A stretch of DNA of 64,000 bases, from positions 139,438,001 to 139,502,000 of the forward strand of contig OZ024743.1 in NCBI GenBank assembly GCA_964016885.1, in the 5' to 3' direction. A program made the translations under genes and the position numbers. The stretch's first letter is position 1; each line of letters starts with the position of its first letter. The stretch is from Eledone cirrhosa (taxonomy: Eukaryota). The notes beneath the pieces were generated by a model that saw only the letters and a list, made by a program, of their open reading frames with translations, made no database searches and had not been told where the DNA came from. This document shows positions 1-13,900 of this stretch, one piece after another.

Positions 1-1130
1 TGGTGCTTGGTATTTGGTGTTTGGTGCTTGGTGTTTGTACTTGGTGCTTGGTTCTTGGTTCTTGGTGCTTGGTGCTTGGTGCTGGGTGCTTGGTGCTTGG
101 TGTTTGGTGCTTGGTGTTTGGTGCTTGGTGTTTGGTGCTTGGTGCCTGGTGCTTGGTGCTTGGTGCTTGGTGTTTGGTGCTTGGTGTTTGGTGCTTGGTG
201 TTAGGTGTTTGGTGCTTGGTGCTTGGTGTTTGGTGTTTGGTGCTTGGTGTTTGGTGCTTGGTGCTTGGTGTTTGGTGTTTGGTGCTTGGTGTTTGGTGCT
301 TGGTACTTGGTGCTTGTTGCTTGGTGTTAGGTGTTTGGTGCTTGGTGCTTGGTGTTTGGTGTTTGGTGCTTGCTGCTGGCTGCTTGGTGTTTGGTGCTTG
401 GTGATTGGCGCTTGGTGTTTGGTGCTTGGTGTTTGGTGTTTGGTACTAGGTGCTTGGTGTTTGGTGTTTGGTGCTTGGTGCTTGGTGTTTGGTGTTTGGT
501 GTTTGGTGCTTGTTGCTTGGTGCTTGGTGCTGGGTGGTTGGTGTTTGGTGCTTGGTGATTAGTGTTTGGTGCTAGGTGCTTGGGGTTTGGTGTTTGGTGC
601 TTGGTGCTTGGTGTTTGGTGCTTGGTGCTTGGTGTTTGGTGCTTGGTGCTTGGTGTTTGGTGTTTGCTGTTTGCTGTTTGGTGTTTGTTGTTTGGTGTTT
701 GTTGATTGGTGTTTGCTGTTTGGTGTTTGGTATTTGGTGTTTGCTGTTTGGTGTCTGCTTTTTGGTGTTTGGTGTCTGCTGTATGTTGTTTGCTGTTTGG
801 TGTTTGGTGTTTGGTGTTTGGTGTTTGCTGCTTGGTGCTTGGTGTTTGGTGCTTGGGGCTTGGTGTTTGGTGCCTGGTGCTTGGTACTTGGTTGTTTGGT
901 GTTTGGTGCTTGGTGCTTGGGGCTTGGAGTTTGGTGTTTGGTGCTTGGTGCTTGGTGTTTGTACTTGGTGCTTGGTGCTTGGTGTTTGGTTCTTGGTTCT
1001 TGGTGTTTGGTACTTGGTGCTTGGTGCTTGGTGCTTGGTGTTTGGTGTTTGGTGCTTGGTGTTTGGTGCTTGCTGCTTGGTGCTTGGTGCTTGGTGTTAG
1101 GTGTTTGGTGCTTGGTGCTTGGTGTTTGGT
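1..1130 (+). repeat. Block with a near-identical sister at about 9743-10855 (initial offset 9742 bp)
   Basis: Landmark A at 12 matches A at 9754. ORF starts 331/10073, 566/10308 and 706/10448 all differ by 9742. Both copies share the rare variants GATTGGCGCTT and TTGGTTGT. Confidence 0.85.
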
Positions 1131-3969
1131 GCTTGGTGTTTGCTGTTTGGTGTTTGGTGTTTGGTGTTTGGTGTTTGCTGTTTGGTGTCTGCTTTTTGGT
1201 GTTTGGTGTTTGCTGTATGGTGTTTGCTGTTTCGTGTTTGGTGTTTGCTGTTTGGTGTTTGGTGCTTCGTGTTTGGTGCTTGGTGTTTGGTGCTTGGTGC
1301 CTGGTGCTTGGTGCTTGGTGCTTGCTGCTGGCTGCTTGGTGCTTGTTGTTTGGTGTTTGGTACTAGGTGCTTGGTGTTTGGTGTTTGGTGCTTGGTGCTT
1401 GGTGTTTGGTGTTTGGTGTTTGGTGCTTGGTGCTTGGTGCTTGGTGCTGGGTGGTTGGTGTTTGGTGCTTGGTGATTAGTGTTTGGTGCTAGGTGCTTGG
1501 TGTTTGGTGTTTGGTGCTTGGTGCTTGGTGTTTGGTGCTTGGTGCTTGGTGTTTGGTGCTTGGTGCTTGGTGTTTGCTGTTTGCTGTTTGCTGTTTGGTG
1601 TTTGTTGTTTGGTGTTTGTTGATTGGTGTTTGCTGTTTGGTGCTTGGTGCTTGGTCTTTGGTGCTTGGTGTTTGGTGTTTGGTGCTTCGTGCTTTGTGTT
1701 TGGTGCTTGGTGATTAGTGTTTGGTGCTTGGTGCTTGGGGTTTGGTGTTTGGTGCTTGGTACTTGGTGTTTGGTGCTTGGTGTTTGCTGTTTGCTGTTTG
1801 GTGTTTGGTGTTTGGTGTTTGCTGTATGGTGTTTGCTGTTTCGTGTTTGGTGTTTGCTGTTTGGTGTTTGGTGTTTGCTGTTTGGTGTTTGGTCTTTGGT
1901 GCTGGTGTTTGGTGCTTGGTGCTTGGTGTTTGGTGTTTGGTGCTTGGTGTTTGGTGTTTGGTGCTTGGTGCTTGGTGCTTGGTGTTTGGTGTTTGGTGTT
2001 TGGTGCTTGGTGTCTGGTGTTTGGTGTTTGGTGTTTGGTGTTTGGTGCTTGGTGTTTGGTGTTTGGTGTTTGGTGCTTGGTGCTTGTTGCTTGGTGTTTG
2101 ATGCTTGGTGTCTGGTGCTTGGTGTTTGGTGTTTGGTGTTTGGTGCTTGGTGCTTGGTGTTTGGTGTTTTGTGCTTGGTGCTTGGGGCTTGGTGTTTAGT
2201 GCTTGGTGCTTGGTGCTTGGTGTTTGGTGGTTGGTGCTTGGTGTTTGGTGTTTGGTGTTTGGTGCTTGGTGCTTGGTGTTTGGTGCTTGGTGCTTGGTGC
2301 TGGGTGGTTGGTATTTGGTGCTTGGTGCTTGGTGTTTGGTGCTTGGTGCTTGGTTCTTGGTGTTTGGTGCTTGGTGCTTGGTGCTTGGTCTTTGGTGCTT
2401 GGTGTTTGGTGCTTGGTGCTTGGTGCTTGGTGTTTGGTGCTTGGTTATTAGTGTTTGGTGCTTGGTGCTTGGGGTTTGGTGTTTGGTGCTTGGTACTTGG
2501 TGTTTGGTGCTTGGTGTTTGGTGTTTGCTGTTTGGTGTTTGGTGTTTGCTGTTTGCTGTTTGCTGTTTGCTTTTTGGTGTTTGGTGTTTGCTGTATGGTG
2601 TTTGCTGTTTGGTGTTTGGTGTTTGCTGTTTGGTGTTTGGTGTTTGCTGTTTGGTATTTGGTGCTTGGTGTTTGGTGCTTGGTGCTTGGTGTTTGGTGTT
2701 TGGTGCTTGGTGCTTGGTGTTTGGTGTTTGTTGCTTGGTGCTTGGTGCTTGGTGTTTGGTGTTTGGTGTTTGGTGCTTGGTGTCTGGTGTTTGGTGTTTG
2801 GTGTTTGGTGCTTGTTGCTTGGTGCTTGGTGCTTGGGGTTTTCGTTCTTGGTTCTTGGTGTTTGGTACTTGGTGCTTGGTGTTTGGTGCTGGGTGCTTGG
2901 TGTTTGGTGCTTGGTGCTTGGTGCTTGCTGTTTGGTGTTTGGTGCTTGGTGCTTGGTGTTTGGTGTTTGGTGTTATATGCTTGGTGTTTGATGCTTGGTG
3001 CTTGGTGCTTGGTATTTGGTGTTTGGTGCTTGGTGTTTGTACTTGGTGCTTGGTTCTTGGTTCTTGGTGCTTGGTGCTTGGTGCTTGGTGCTTGGTGCTT
3101 GGTGTTTGGTGCTTGGTGTTTGGTGCTTGGTGTTTGGTGCTTGGTGCCTGGTGCTTGGTGCTTGGTGCTTGGTGTTTGGTGCTTGGTGTTTGGTGCTTGG
3201 TGTTAGGTGTTTGGTGCTTGGTGCTTGGTGTTTGGTGTTTGGTGCTTGGTGTTTGGTGCTTGGTGCTTGGTGTTTGGTGTTTGGTGCTTGGTGTTTGGTG
3301 CTTGGTACTTGGTGCTTGGTGCTTGGTGTTAGGTGTTTGGTGCTTGGTGCTTGGTTTTTGGTGCTTGGTGCTTGGTGTTTGGTGTTTGGTGCTTGCTGCT
3401 GGCTGCTTGGTGTTTGGTGCTTGGTGATTGGTGCTTGGTGTTTGGTGCTTGGTGTTTGGTGTTTGGTACTAGGTGCTTGGTGTTTGGTGTTTGGTGTTTG
3501 GTGCTTGGTGTTTGGTGTTTGGTGTTTGGTGCTTGGTGCTTGGTGCTTGGTGCTGGGTGGTTGGTGTTTGGTGCTTGGTGATTAGTGTTTGGTGCTAGGT
3601 GCTTGGGGTTTGGTGTTTGGTGCTTGGTGCTTGGTGTTTAGTGCTTGGTGCTTGGTGTTTGGTGCTTGGTGCTTGGTGTTTCCTGTTTGCTGTTTGCTGT
3701 TTGGTGTTTGTTGTTTGGTGTTTGTTGATTGGTGTTTGCTGTTTGGTGCTTGGTGCTTGGTCTTTGGTGCTTGGTGTTTGGTGTTTGGTGCTTGGTGCTT
3801 TGTGTTTGGTGCTTGGTGATTAGTGTTTGGTGCTTGGTGCTTGGGGTTTGGTGTTTGGTGCTTGGTACTTGGTGTTTGGTGCTTGGTGTTTGGTGTTTGC
3901 TGTTTGGTGTTTGGTGTTTGGTGTTTGCTGTATGGTGTTTGCTGTTTCGTGTTTGGTGTTTGCTGTTTG

Positions 3970-6900
3970 GTGTTTGGTGCTTGTTGCTTGGTACTTGGTG
4001 CTTGGTGTTTGGTGCTTGGTGCTTGGTGTTTGGTGCTGGGTGCTTGGTGTTTGGTGCTTGGTGCTTGGTGCTTGGTGTTTGGTGTTTGGTGCTTGGTGCT
4101 TGGTGCTTGGTGTTTGGTGTTTGGTGCTTGGTGTTTTATGCTTGGTGTTTGATATTTGGTGCTTGGTGCTTGGTGTTTGGTGCTTGGTGCTTGGTGCTTG
4201 GTGTTTGTACTTGGTGCTTGGTGCTTGGTTCTTGGTGTTTGGTGCTTGGTGCTTGGTGCTTGGTGTTTGGTGCTTGGTGTTTGGTGCTTGGTGTTTGGTG
4301 CTTGGTGCCTGGTGCTTGGTGCTTGGTGCTTGGTGTTTGGTGCTTGGTGTTTGGTGCTTGGTATTAGGTGTTTGGTGCTTGGTGCTTGGTGTTTGGTGTT
4401 TGGTGCTTGGTGTTTGGTGCTTGGTGCTTGGTGTTTGGTGTTTGGTGCTTGGTGTTTGGTGCTTGGTACTTGGTGCTTGGTGCTTGGTGTTAGGTGTTTG
4501 GTGCTTGGTGCTTGGTGTTTGATTTTTGGTGCTTGGTGCTTGGTGTTCGGTGTTTGGTGCTTGCTGCTGGCTGCTTGGTGTTTGGTGCTTGGTGATTGGT
4601 GCTTGGTGTTTGGTGCTTGGTGTTTGGTGTTTGGTACTAGGTGCTTGGTGCTTGGTGTTTGGTGCTTGGTGCTTGGTGTTTGGTGTTTGGTGGTTGGTGC
4701 TTGGTGTTTGGTGCTTGGTGCTGGGTGCTGGGTGGTTGGTGTTTGGTGTTTGGTGTTTGGTGCTGGGTGCTTGGTGTTTGGTGCTTGGTGCTTGGTCTTT
4801 GGTGTTTGGTGTTTGGTGTTTGGTGCTTGGTGCTTGGTGCTTGGTGTTTGGTGCTTGGTGCTTGGTGTTTGGTGCTTGGTGCTTAGTGTTTGGTGCTAGG
4901 TGCTTGGGATTTGGTGTTTGGTGCTTGGTGCTTGGTGTTTGGTGCTTGGTGCTTGGTGTTTGGTGTTTGGTGCTTGGTGCTTGGTGTTTGGTGTTTGGTG
5001 TTTGCTGTTTGGTGTTTGGTGTTTGGTGTTTGCTGTTTGGTGTCTGCTTTTTGGTGTTTGGTGTTGGCTGTATGTTATTTGCTGTTTGGTGTTTGGTGTT
5101 TGGTGTTTGGTGCTTGGTGCTTGGTGTTTGGTGTTTGGTGCTTGGTGCTTGGAGTTTGGTGTTTGGTGCTTGGTGCTTGGTGTTTTGTGTTTGGTGTTTG
5201 GTTTTTGGTGCTTGGTGCTTGGTGCTTGTTGCTTGGTCCTTGGTGTTTGGTGCTTGGTGCTTGGTGTTTGTACTTGGTGCTTGGTGCTTGGTGTTTGGTT
5301 CTTGGTTCTTGGTGTTTGGTACTTGGTGCTTGGTGCTTGGTGCTTGGTGTTTGGTGCTTGGTGCTTGGTGTTTGGTGCTTGGTGCTTGGTGCTTGGTGTT
5401 AGGTGTTTGGTGCTTGGTGCTTGGTGTTTGGTGCTTGGTGTTTGGTGTTTGCTGTTTGGTGTTTGGTGCTTGGTGTTTGGTGTTTGCTGTTTGGTGTCTG
5501 CTTTTTGGTGTTTGGTGTTTGCTGTATGGTGTTTGCTGTTTCGTGTTTGGTGTTTGCTGTTTGGTGTTTGGTGTTTGCTGTTTGGTGTTTGGTCTTTGGT
5601 GCTTGGTGTTTGGTGCTTGGTGCTTGGTGTTTGGTGTTTGGTGCTTGGTGCTTGGTGCTTCGTGTTTGGTGTTTGGTGCTTGGTGTCTGGAGCTTGGTGT
5701 TTGGTGTTTGGTGCTTGGTGTTTGGTGTTTGGTGCTTGGTGCTTGGTGTTTGGTGCTTGGTGCTTGGTGTTTGTACTTGGTGCTTGGTGCTTGGTGTTTG
5801 GTGCTTGGTTCTTGGTGTTTGGTGCTTGGTGTTTGGTGCTTGGTGCTTGGTGTTTGGTGCTTGGTGCTTGGTGTTTGGTGTTTTGTGCTTGGTGCTTGGT
5901 GCTTGGTGTTTGGTGTTTGGTGCTTGGTGCTTGGTGTTTGGTGTTTGGTTCTTGGTGCTTGGTATTTGGTGCTTGGTGCTTGCTGCTTGGTGTTTGGTGC
6001 TTGGTGATTGATGCTTGGTGTTTGATGCTTGGTGCTTGGTGTTTGGTGTTTGGTGTTTGGTGCTTGGTGTCTGGTGCTTGGTGTTTGGTGTTTGGTGTTT
6101 GGTGCTTGGTGTTTGGTGTTTGGTGTTTGGTGTTTGGTGCTTGTTGCTTGGTACTTGGTGCTTGGTGTTTGGTGCTTGGTGCTTGGTGTTTGGTGCTGGG
6201 TGCTTGGTGTTTGGTGCTTGGTGCTTGGTGCTTGGTGTTTGGTGTTTGGTGCTTGGTGCTTGGTGCTTGGTGTTTGGTGTTTGGTGCTTGGTGTTTTATG
6301 CTTGGTGTTTGATATTTGGTGCTTGGTGCTTGGTGTTTGGTGCTTGGTGCTTGGTGCTTGGTGTTTGTACTTGGTGCTTGGTGCTTGGTTCTTGGTGTTT
6401 GGTGCTTGGTGCTTGGTGCTTGGTGCTTGGTGTTTGGTGCTTGGTGTTTGGTGCTTGGTGTTTGGTGCTTGGTGCCTGGTGCTTGGTGCTTGGTGCTTGG
6501 TGTTTGGTGCTTGGTGTTTGGTGCTTGGTATTAGGTGTTTGGTGCTTGGTGCTTGGTGTTTGGTGTTTGGTGCTTGGTGTTTGGTGCTTGGTGCTTGGTG
6601 TTTGGTGTTTGGTGCTTGGTGTTTGGTGCTTGGTACTTGGTGCTTGGTGCTTGGTGTTAGGTGTTTGGTGCTTGGTGCTTGTTGTTTGGTTTTTGGTGCT
6701 TGGTGCTTGGTGTTCGGTGTTTGGTGCTTGCTGCTGGCTGCTTGGTGTTTGGTGCTTGGTGATTGGTGCTTGGTGTTTGGTGCTTGGTGTTTGGTGTTTG
6801 GTACTAGGTGCTTGGTGCTTGGTGTTTGGTGCTTGGTGCTTGGTGTTTGGTGTTTGGTGCTTGGTGCTTGGTGTTTGGTGCTTGGTGCTGGGTGCTGGGT

Positions 6901-8160
6901 GGTTGGTGTTTGGTGTTTGGTGTTTGGTGCTGGGTGCTTGGTGTTTGGTGCTTGGTGCTTGGTCTTTGGTGTTTGGTGTTTGGTGTTTGGTGCTTGGTGC
7001 TTGGTGCTTGGTGTTTGGTGCTTGGTGCTTGGTGTTTGGTGCTTGGTGCTTAGTGTTTGGTGCTAGGTGCTTGGGATTTGGTGTTTGGTGCTTGGTGCTT
7101 GGTGTTTGGTGTTTGGTGTTTGCTGTTTGGTGTTTGGTGTTTGGTGTTTGCTGTTTGGTGTCTGCTTTTTGGTGTTTGGTGTTGGCTGTATGTTATTTGC
7201 TGTTTGGTGTTTGGTGTTTGGTGTTTGGTGCTTGGTGCTTGGTGTTTGGTGTTTGGTGCTTGGTGCTTGGAGTTTGGTGTTTGGTGCTTGGTGCTTGGTG
7301 TTTTGTGTTTGGTGTTTGGTTTTTGGTGCTTGGTGCTTGGTGCTTGTTGCTTGGTCCTTGGTGTTTGGTGCTTGGTGCTTGGTGTTTGTAATTGGTGCTT
7401 GGTGCTTGGTGTTTGGTTCTTGGTTCTTGGTGTTTGGTACTTGGTGCTTGGTGCTTGGTGCTTGGTGTTTGGTGTTTGGTGCTTGGTGTTTGGTGCTTGG
7501 TGCTTGGTGCTTGGTGTTAGGTGTTTGGTGCTTGGTGCTTGGTGTTTGGTGCTTGGTGTTTGGTGTTTGCTGTTTGGTGTTTGGTGCATGGTGTTTGGTG
7601 TTTGCTGTTTGGTGTCTGCTTTTTGGTGTTTGGTGTTTGCTGTATGGTGTTTGCTGTTTCGTGTTTGGTGTTTGCTGTTTGGTGTTTGGTGTTTGCTGTT
7701 TGGTGTTTGGTCTTTGGTGCTTGGTGTTTGGTGCTTGGTGCTTGGTGTTTGGTGTTTGGTGCTTGGTGCTTGGTGCTTCGTGTTTGGTGTTTGGTGCTTG
7801 GTGTCTGGAGCTTGGTGTTTGGTGTTTGGTGCTTGGTGTTTGGTGTTTGGTGCTTGGTGCTTGGTGTTTGGTGCTTGGTGCTTGGTGTTTGTACTTGGTG
7901 CTTGGTGCTAGGTGTTTGGTGCTTGGTTCTTGGTGTTTGGTGCTTGGTGTTTGGTGCTTGGTGCTTGGTGTTTGGTGCTTGGTGCTTGGTGTTTGGTGTT
8001 TGGTGCTTGGTGCTTGGTGCTTGGTGTTTGGTGTTTGGTGCTTGGTGCTTGGTGTTTGGTGTTTGGTTCTTGGTGCTTGGTATTTGGTGCTTGGTGCTTG
8101 CTGCTTGGTGTTTGGTGCTTGGTGATTGATGCTTGGTGTTTGATGCTTGGTGCTTGGTGT
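3970..8160 (+). repeat. Tandem duplication of a ~2.1-2.2 kb higher-order unit (2 copies)
   Basis: Matching ORF starts 4156/6316 (2160), 4890/7057 (2167) and 5403/7521 (2118). Shared variants GTTCGGTG, TTGATATT, TTGGGATT and GTTGGCTGTATG. Confidence 0.85.
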
Positions 8161-10949
8161 TTGGTTTTTGGTGCTAGGTGCTTGGTGCTTGGTGTTTGGT
8201 GCTTGGTGTTTGGTGTTTGCTGCTTGGTGCTTGGGGCTTGGTGTTTGGTACTTGGTGCTTGGTGCTTGGTGTTTGGTGCTTGGTGCTTGGTGTATGGTGT
8301 TTGGTGTTTGGTGCTTGGTGTTTGGTGTTTGGTGCTTGGTGCTTGGTGTTTGTTGCTTGGTACTTGGTTCATGGTGTTTGGTGCTGGGTGCTTGGTGTTT
8401 GGTGCTTGGTGCTTGGTGTTTGGTGTTTGGTGCTTGGTGTTTGGTGTTTGGTGCTTGGTGCTTGGTGTTTGTTGCTTGGTACTTGGTGCATGGTGTTTGG
8501 TGCTGGGTGCTTGGTGTTTGGTGCTTGGTGTTTGGTGCTCGGTGCTTGGTGTTTGGTGTTTGGTGTTTGATGCTTGGTGTTTGATGCTTGGTGTTTGGTG
8601 CTTGGTGTTTGGTGCTTGGTGTTTGTACTTGGTGCTTGGTGTTTTGTGCTTGGTTCTTTGTGTTTGGTGTTTGGTGCTTGGTGCTTGGTGCTTGGTGTTA
8701 GGTGTTTGGTGCTTGGTGCTTGGTGTTTGGTGTTTGGTCCTTGGGGCTTGGTGTTTAGTGCTTGGTGCTTGGTGTTTGTTGTTTGGTGCTTTCTGCTTGC
8801 TGCTTGGCGTTTGGTGCTTGGTGCTTGGTGCTTGGTGTTTGGTGTTTGGTGCTAGGTGCTTGGTGTTTGGTGTTTGGTGTTTGATGCTTGGTGTTTGGTG
8901 CTTGGTGTTTGGTGTTTTGTGCTTGGTGCTTGGGGCTTGGTGTTTAGTGGTTGGTGCTTGGTGCTTGGTGTTTGGTGCTTGGTGCTTGGTGTTTGGTGTT
9001 TGGTGTTTGGTGCTTGGTGCTTGGTGTTTGGTGCTTGGTGCTTGGTGCTGGGTGGTTGGTATTTGGTGCTTGGTGCTTGGTGTTTGGTGCTTGGTGCTTG
9101 GTGCTTGGTGTTTGGTGCTTGGTGCTTGGTGCTTGGTCTTTGGTGCTTGGTGTTTGGTGCTTGGTGCTTGGTGCTTGGTGTTTGGTGCTTGGTGATTAGT
9201 GTTTGGTGCTTGGTGCTTGGGGTTTGGTGTTTGGTGCTTGGTACTTGGTGTTTGGTGCTTGGTGTTTGCTGTTTGCTGTTTGGTGTTTGGTGTTTGCTGT
9301 TTGCTGTTTGCTGTTTGCTTTTTGGTGTTTGGTGTTTGCTGTATGGTGTTTGCTGTTTGGTGTTTGGTGTTTGCTGTTTGGTGTTTGGTGTTTGCTGTTT
9401 GGTCTTTGGTGCTTGGTGTTTGGTGCTTGGTGCTTGGTGTTTGGTGTTTGGTGCTTGGTGCTTGGTGTTTGGTGTTTGTTGCTTGGTGCTTGGTGCTTGG
9501 TGTTTGGTGTTTGGTGTTTGGTGCTTGGTGTCTGGTGCTTGGTGTTTGGTGTTTGGTGTTTGGTGCTTGGTGTTTGGTGTTTGGTGTTTGGTGCTTGGTG
9601 CTTGGTGTTTGTTGTTTGGTGCTTTCTGCTTGCTGCTTGGCGTTTGGTGCTTGGTGCTTGGTGCTTGCTGTTTGGTGTTTGGTGCTTGGTGCTTGGTGTT
9701 TGGTGTTTGGTGTTATATGCTTGGTGTTTGATGCTTGGTGCTTGGTGCTTGGTATTTGGTGTTTGGTGCTTGGTGTTTGTACTTGGTGCTTGGTTCTTGG
9801 TTCTTGGTGCTTGGTGCTTGGTGCTGGGTGCTTGGTGCTTGGTGTTTGGTGCTTGGTGTTTGGTGCTTGGTGTTTGGTGCTTGGTGCCTGGTGCTTGGTG
9901 CTTGGTGCTTGGTGTTTGGTGCTTGGTGTTTGGTGCTTGGTGTTAGGTGTTTGGTGCTTGGTGCTTGGTGTTTGGTGTTTGGTGCTTGGTGTTTGGTGCT
10001 TGGTGCTTGGTGTTTGGTGTTTGGTGCTTGGTGTTTGGTGCTTGGTACTTGGTGCTTGGTGCTTGGTGTTAGGTGTTTGGTGCTTGGTGCTTGGTGTTTG
10101 GTGTTTGGTGCTTGCTGCTGGCTGCTTGGTGTTTGGTGCTTGGTGATTGGCGCTTGGTGTTTGGTGCTTGGTGTTTGGTGTTTGGTACTAGGTGCTTGGT
10201 GTTTGGTGTTTGGTGCTTGGTGCTTGGTGTTTGGTGTTTGGTGTTTGGTGCTTGGTGCTTGGTGCTTGGTGCTGGGTGGTTGGTGTTTGGTGCTTGGTGA
10301 TTAGTGTTTGGTGCTAGGTGCTTGGGGTTTGGTGTTTGGTGCTTGGTGCTTGGTGTTTGGTGCTTGGTGCTTGGTGTTTGGTGCTTGGTGCTTGGTGTTT
10401 GGTGTTTGCTGTTTGCTGTTTGGTGTTTGTTGTTTGGTGTTTGTTGATTGGTGTTTGCTGTTTGGTGTTTGGTATTTGGTGTTTGCTGTTTGGTGTCTGC
10501 TTTTTGGTGTTTGGTGTTTGCTGTTTGGTGTTTGGTGTTTGGTGTTTGGTGTTTGCTGCTTGGTGCTTGGTGTTTGGTGCTTGGGGCTTGGTGTTTGGTG
10601 CCTGGTGCTTGGTACTTGGTTGTTTGGTGTTTGGTGCTTGGTGCTTGGGGCTTGGAGTTTGGTGTTTGGTGCTTGGTGCTTGGTGTTTGTACTTCGTGCT
10701 TGGTGCTTGGTGTTTGGTTCTTGGTTCTTGGTGTTTGGTACTTGGTGCTTGGTGCTTGGTGCTTGGTGTTTGGTGTTTGGTGCTTGGTGTTTGCTGCTTG
10801 CTGCTTGGTGCTTGGTGCTTGGTGTTAGGTGTTTGGTGCTTGGTGCTTGGTGTTTGGTGCTTGGTGATTGGTGCTTGGTGTTTGGTGCTTGGTGTTTGGT
10901 GTTTGGTACTAGGTGCTTGGTGCTTGGTGTTTGGTGCTTGGTGCTTGGT

Positions 10950-13900
10950 GTTTGGTGTTTGGTGCTTGGTGCTTGGTGCTTGGTGTTTGGTGCTTGGTGC
11001 TTGGTGTTTGGTGCTTGGTGCTTAGTGGTTGGTGCTAGGTGCTTGGGGTTTGGTGTTTGGTGCTTGGTGCTTGGTGTTTGGTGTTTGGTGCTTGGTGTTT
11101 GGTGTTTGGTGCTTGGTGCTTGGTGTTTGGTGTTTGGTGTTTGCTGTTTGGTGTTTGGTGTTTGGTGTTTGCTGTTTGGTGTCTGCTTTTTGGTGTTTGG
11201 TGTTGGCTGTATGTTATTTGCTGTTTGGTGTTTGGTGTTTGGTGTTTGGTGCTTGGTGCTTGGTGTTTGGTGTTTGGTGCTTGGTGCTTGGAGTTTGGTG
11301 TTTGGTGCTTGGTGCTTGGTGTTTTGTGTTTGGTGTTTGGTTTTTGGTGCTTGGTGCTTGGTGCTTGTTGCTTGGTCCTTGGTGTTTGGTGCTTGGTACT
11401 TGGTGTTTGTACTTGGTGCTTGGTGCTTGGTGTTTGGTTCTTGGTTCTTGGTGTTTGGTACTTGGTGCTTGGTGCTTGGTGCTTGGTGTTTGGTGTTTGG
11501 TGCTTGGTGTTTGGTGCTTGGTGCTTGGTGCTTGGTGTTTGGTGCTTGGTGTTTGGTGTTTGCTGTTTGGTGTCTGCTTTTTGGTGTTTGGTGTTTGCTG
11601 TTTGGTGTTTGGTGCTTGGTGTTTGGTGTTTGCTGTTTGGTGTCTGCTTTTTGGTGTTTGGTGTTTGCTGTATGGTGTTTGCTGTTTCGTGTTTGGTGTT
11701 TGCTGTTTGGTGTTTGGTGTTTGCTGTTTGGTGTTTGGTCTTTGGTGCTTGGTGTTTGGTGCTTGGTGCTTGGTGTTTGGTGTTTGGTGCTTGGTGTTTG
11801 GTGCTTCGTGTTTGGTGTTTGGTGCTTGGTGTCTGGAGCTTGGTGTTTGGTGTTTGGTGCTTGGTGTTTGGTGTTTGGTGCTTGGTGCTTGGTGTTTGGT
11901 GTGTGGTGCTTGGTGTTTGTACTTGGTGCTTGGTGCTTGGTGTTTGGTGCTTGGTTCTTGGTGTTTGGTGCTTGGTGTTTGGTGCTTGGTGCTTGGTGTT
12001 TGGTGGTTGGTGCTTGGTGTTTGGTGTTTGGTGCTTGGTGCTTGGTGCTTGGTGTTTGGTGTTTGGTGCTTGGTGCTTGGTGTTTGGTGTTTGGTTCTTG
12101 GTGCTTGGTATTTGGTGCTTGGTGCTTGCTGCTTGGTGTTTGGTGCTTGGTGATTGATGCTTGGTGTTTGATGCTTGGGGCTTGGTGTTTGGTTTTTGGT
12201 GCTAGGTGCTTGGTGCTTGGTGTTTGGTGCTTGGTGTTTGGTGTTTGCTGCTTGGTGCTTGGGGCTTGGTATTTGGTACTTGGTGCTTGGTGCTTGGTGT
12301 TTGGTGCTTGGTGCTTGGTGTATGGTGTTTGGTGTTTGGTGCTTGGTGTTTGGTGTTTGGTGCTTGGTGCTTGGTGTTTGTTGCTTGGTACTTGGTTCAT
12401 GGTGTTTGGTGCTGGGTGCTTGGTGTTTGGTGCTTGGTGCTTGGTGTTTGGTGTTTGGTGCTTGGTGTTTGGTGTTTGGTGCTTGGTGCTTGGTGTTTGT
12501 TGCTTGGTACTTGGTGCATGGTGTTTGGTGCTGGGTGCTTGGTGTTTGGTGCTTGGTGTTTGGTGCTTGGTGCTTGGTGTTTGGTGCTTGGTGATTAGTG
12601 CTTGGTGTTTGGTGCTTGGTGTTTGGTGTTTGGTACTAGGTGCTTGGTGTTTGGTGTTTGGTGCTTGGTGCTTGGTGTTTGGTGTTTGGTGTTTGGCGCT
12701 TGGTGCTTGGTGCTTGGTGCTGGGTGGTTGGTGTTTGGTGCTTGGTGATTAGTGTTTGGTGCTAGGTGCTTGGGGTTTGGTGTTTGGTGCTTGGTGCTTG
12801 GTGTTTGGTGCTTGGTGCTTGGTGTTTGGTGCTTGGTGCTTGGTGTTTGCTGTTTGCTGTTTGCTGTTTGGTGTTTGTTGTTTGGTGTTTGTTGATTGGT
12901 GTTTGCTGTTTGGTGCTTGGTGCCTGGTCTTTGGTGCTTGGTGTTTGGTGTTTGGTGCTTCGTGCTTTGTGTTTGGTGCTTGGTGATTAGTGTTTGGTGC
13001 TTGGTGCTTGGGGTTTGGTGTTTGGTGCTTGGTACTTGGTGTTTGGTGCTTGGTGTTTGGTGTTTGCTGTTTGGTGTTTGGTGTTTGGTGTTTGCTGTAT
13101 GGTGTTTGCTGTTTCGTGTTTGGTGTTTGCTGTTTGGTGTTTGGTGTTTGCTGTTTGGTGTTTGGTCTTTGGTGCTTGGTGTTTGGTGCTTGGTGCTTGG
13201 TGTTTGGTGTTTGGTGCTTGGTGTTTGGTGTTTGGTGCTTGGTGCTTGGTGCTTGGTGTTTGGTGTTTGGTGTTTGGTGCTTGGTGTCTGGTGCTTGGTG
13301 TTTGGTGTTTGGTGTTTGGTGCTTGGTGTTTGGTGTTTGGTGTTTGGTGCTTGGTGCTTGTTGCTTGGTACTTGGTGCTTGGTGTTTGGTGCTTGGTGCT
13401 TGGTGTTTGGTGCTGGGTGCTTGGTGTTTGGTGCTTGGTGCTTGGTGCTTGGTGTTTGGTGTTTGGTGCTTGGTGCTTGGTGCTTGGTGTTTGGTGTTTG
13501 GTGCTTGGTGTTTTATGCTTGGTGTTTGATGTTTGGTGCTTGGTGCTTGGTGTTTGGTGCTTGGTGCTTGGTGTTTGTACTTGGTGCTTGGTGCTTGGTT
13601 CTTGGTGTTTGGTGCTTGGTGCTTGGTGCTTGGTGCTTGGTGTTTGGTGCTTGGTGTTTGGTGCTTGGTGTTTGGTGCTTGGTGCCTGGTGCTTGGTGCT
13701 TGGTGCTTGGTGTTTGGTGCTTGGTGTTTGGTGCTTGGTATTAGGTGTTTGGTGCTTGGTGCTTGGTGTTTGGTGTTTGGTGCTTGGTGTTTGGTGCTTG
13801 GTGCTTGGTGTTTGGTGTTTGGTGCTTGGTGTTTGGTGCTTGGTACTTGGTGCTTGGTGCTTGGTGTTAGGTGTTTGGTGCTTGGTGCTTGGTGTTTGGT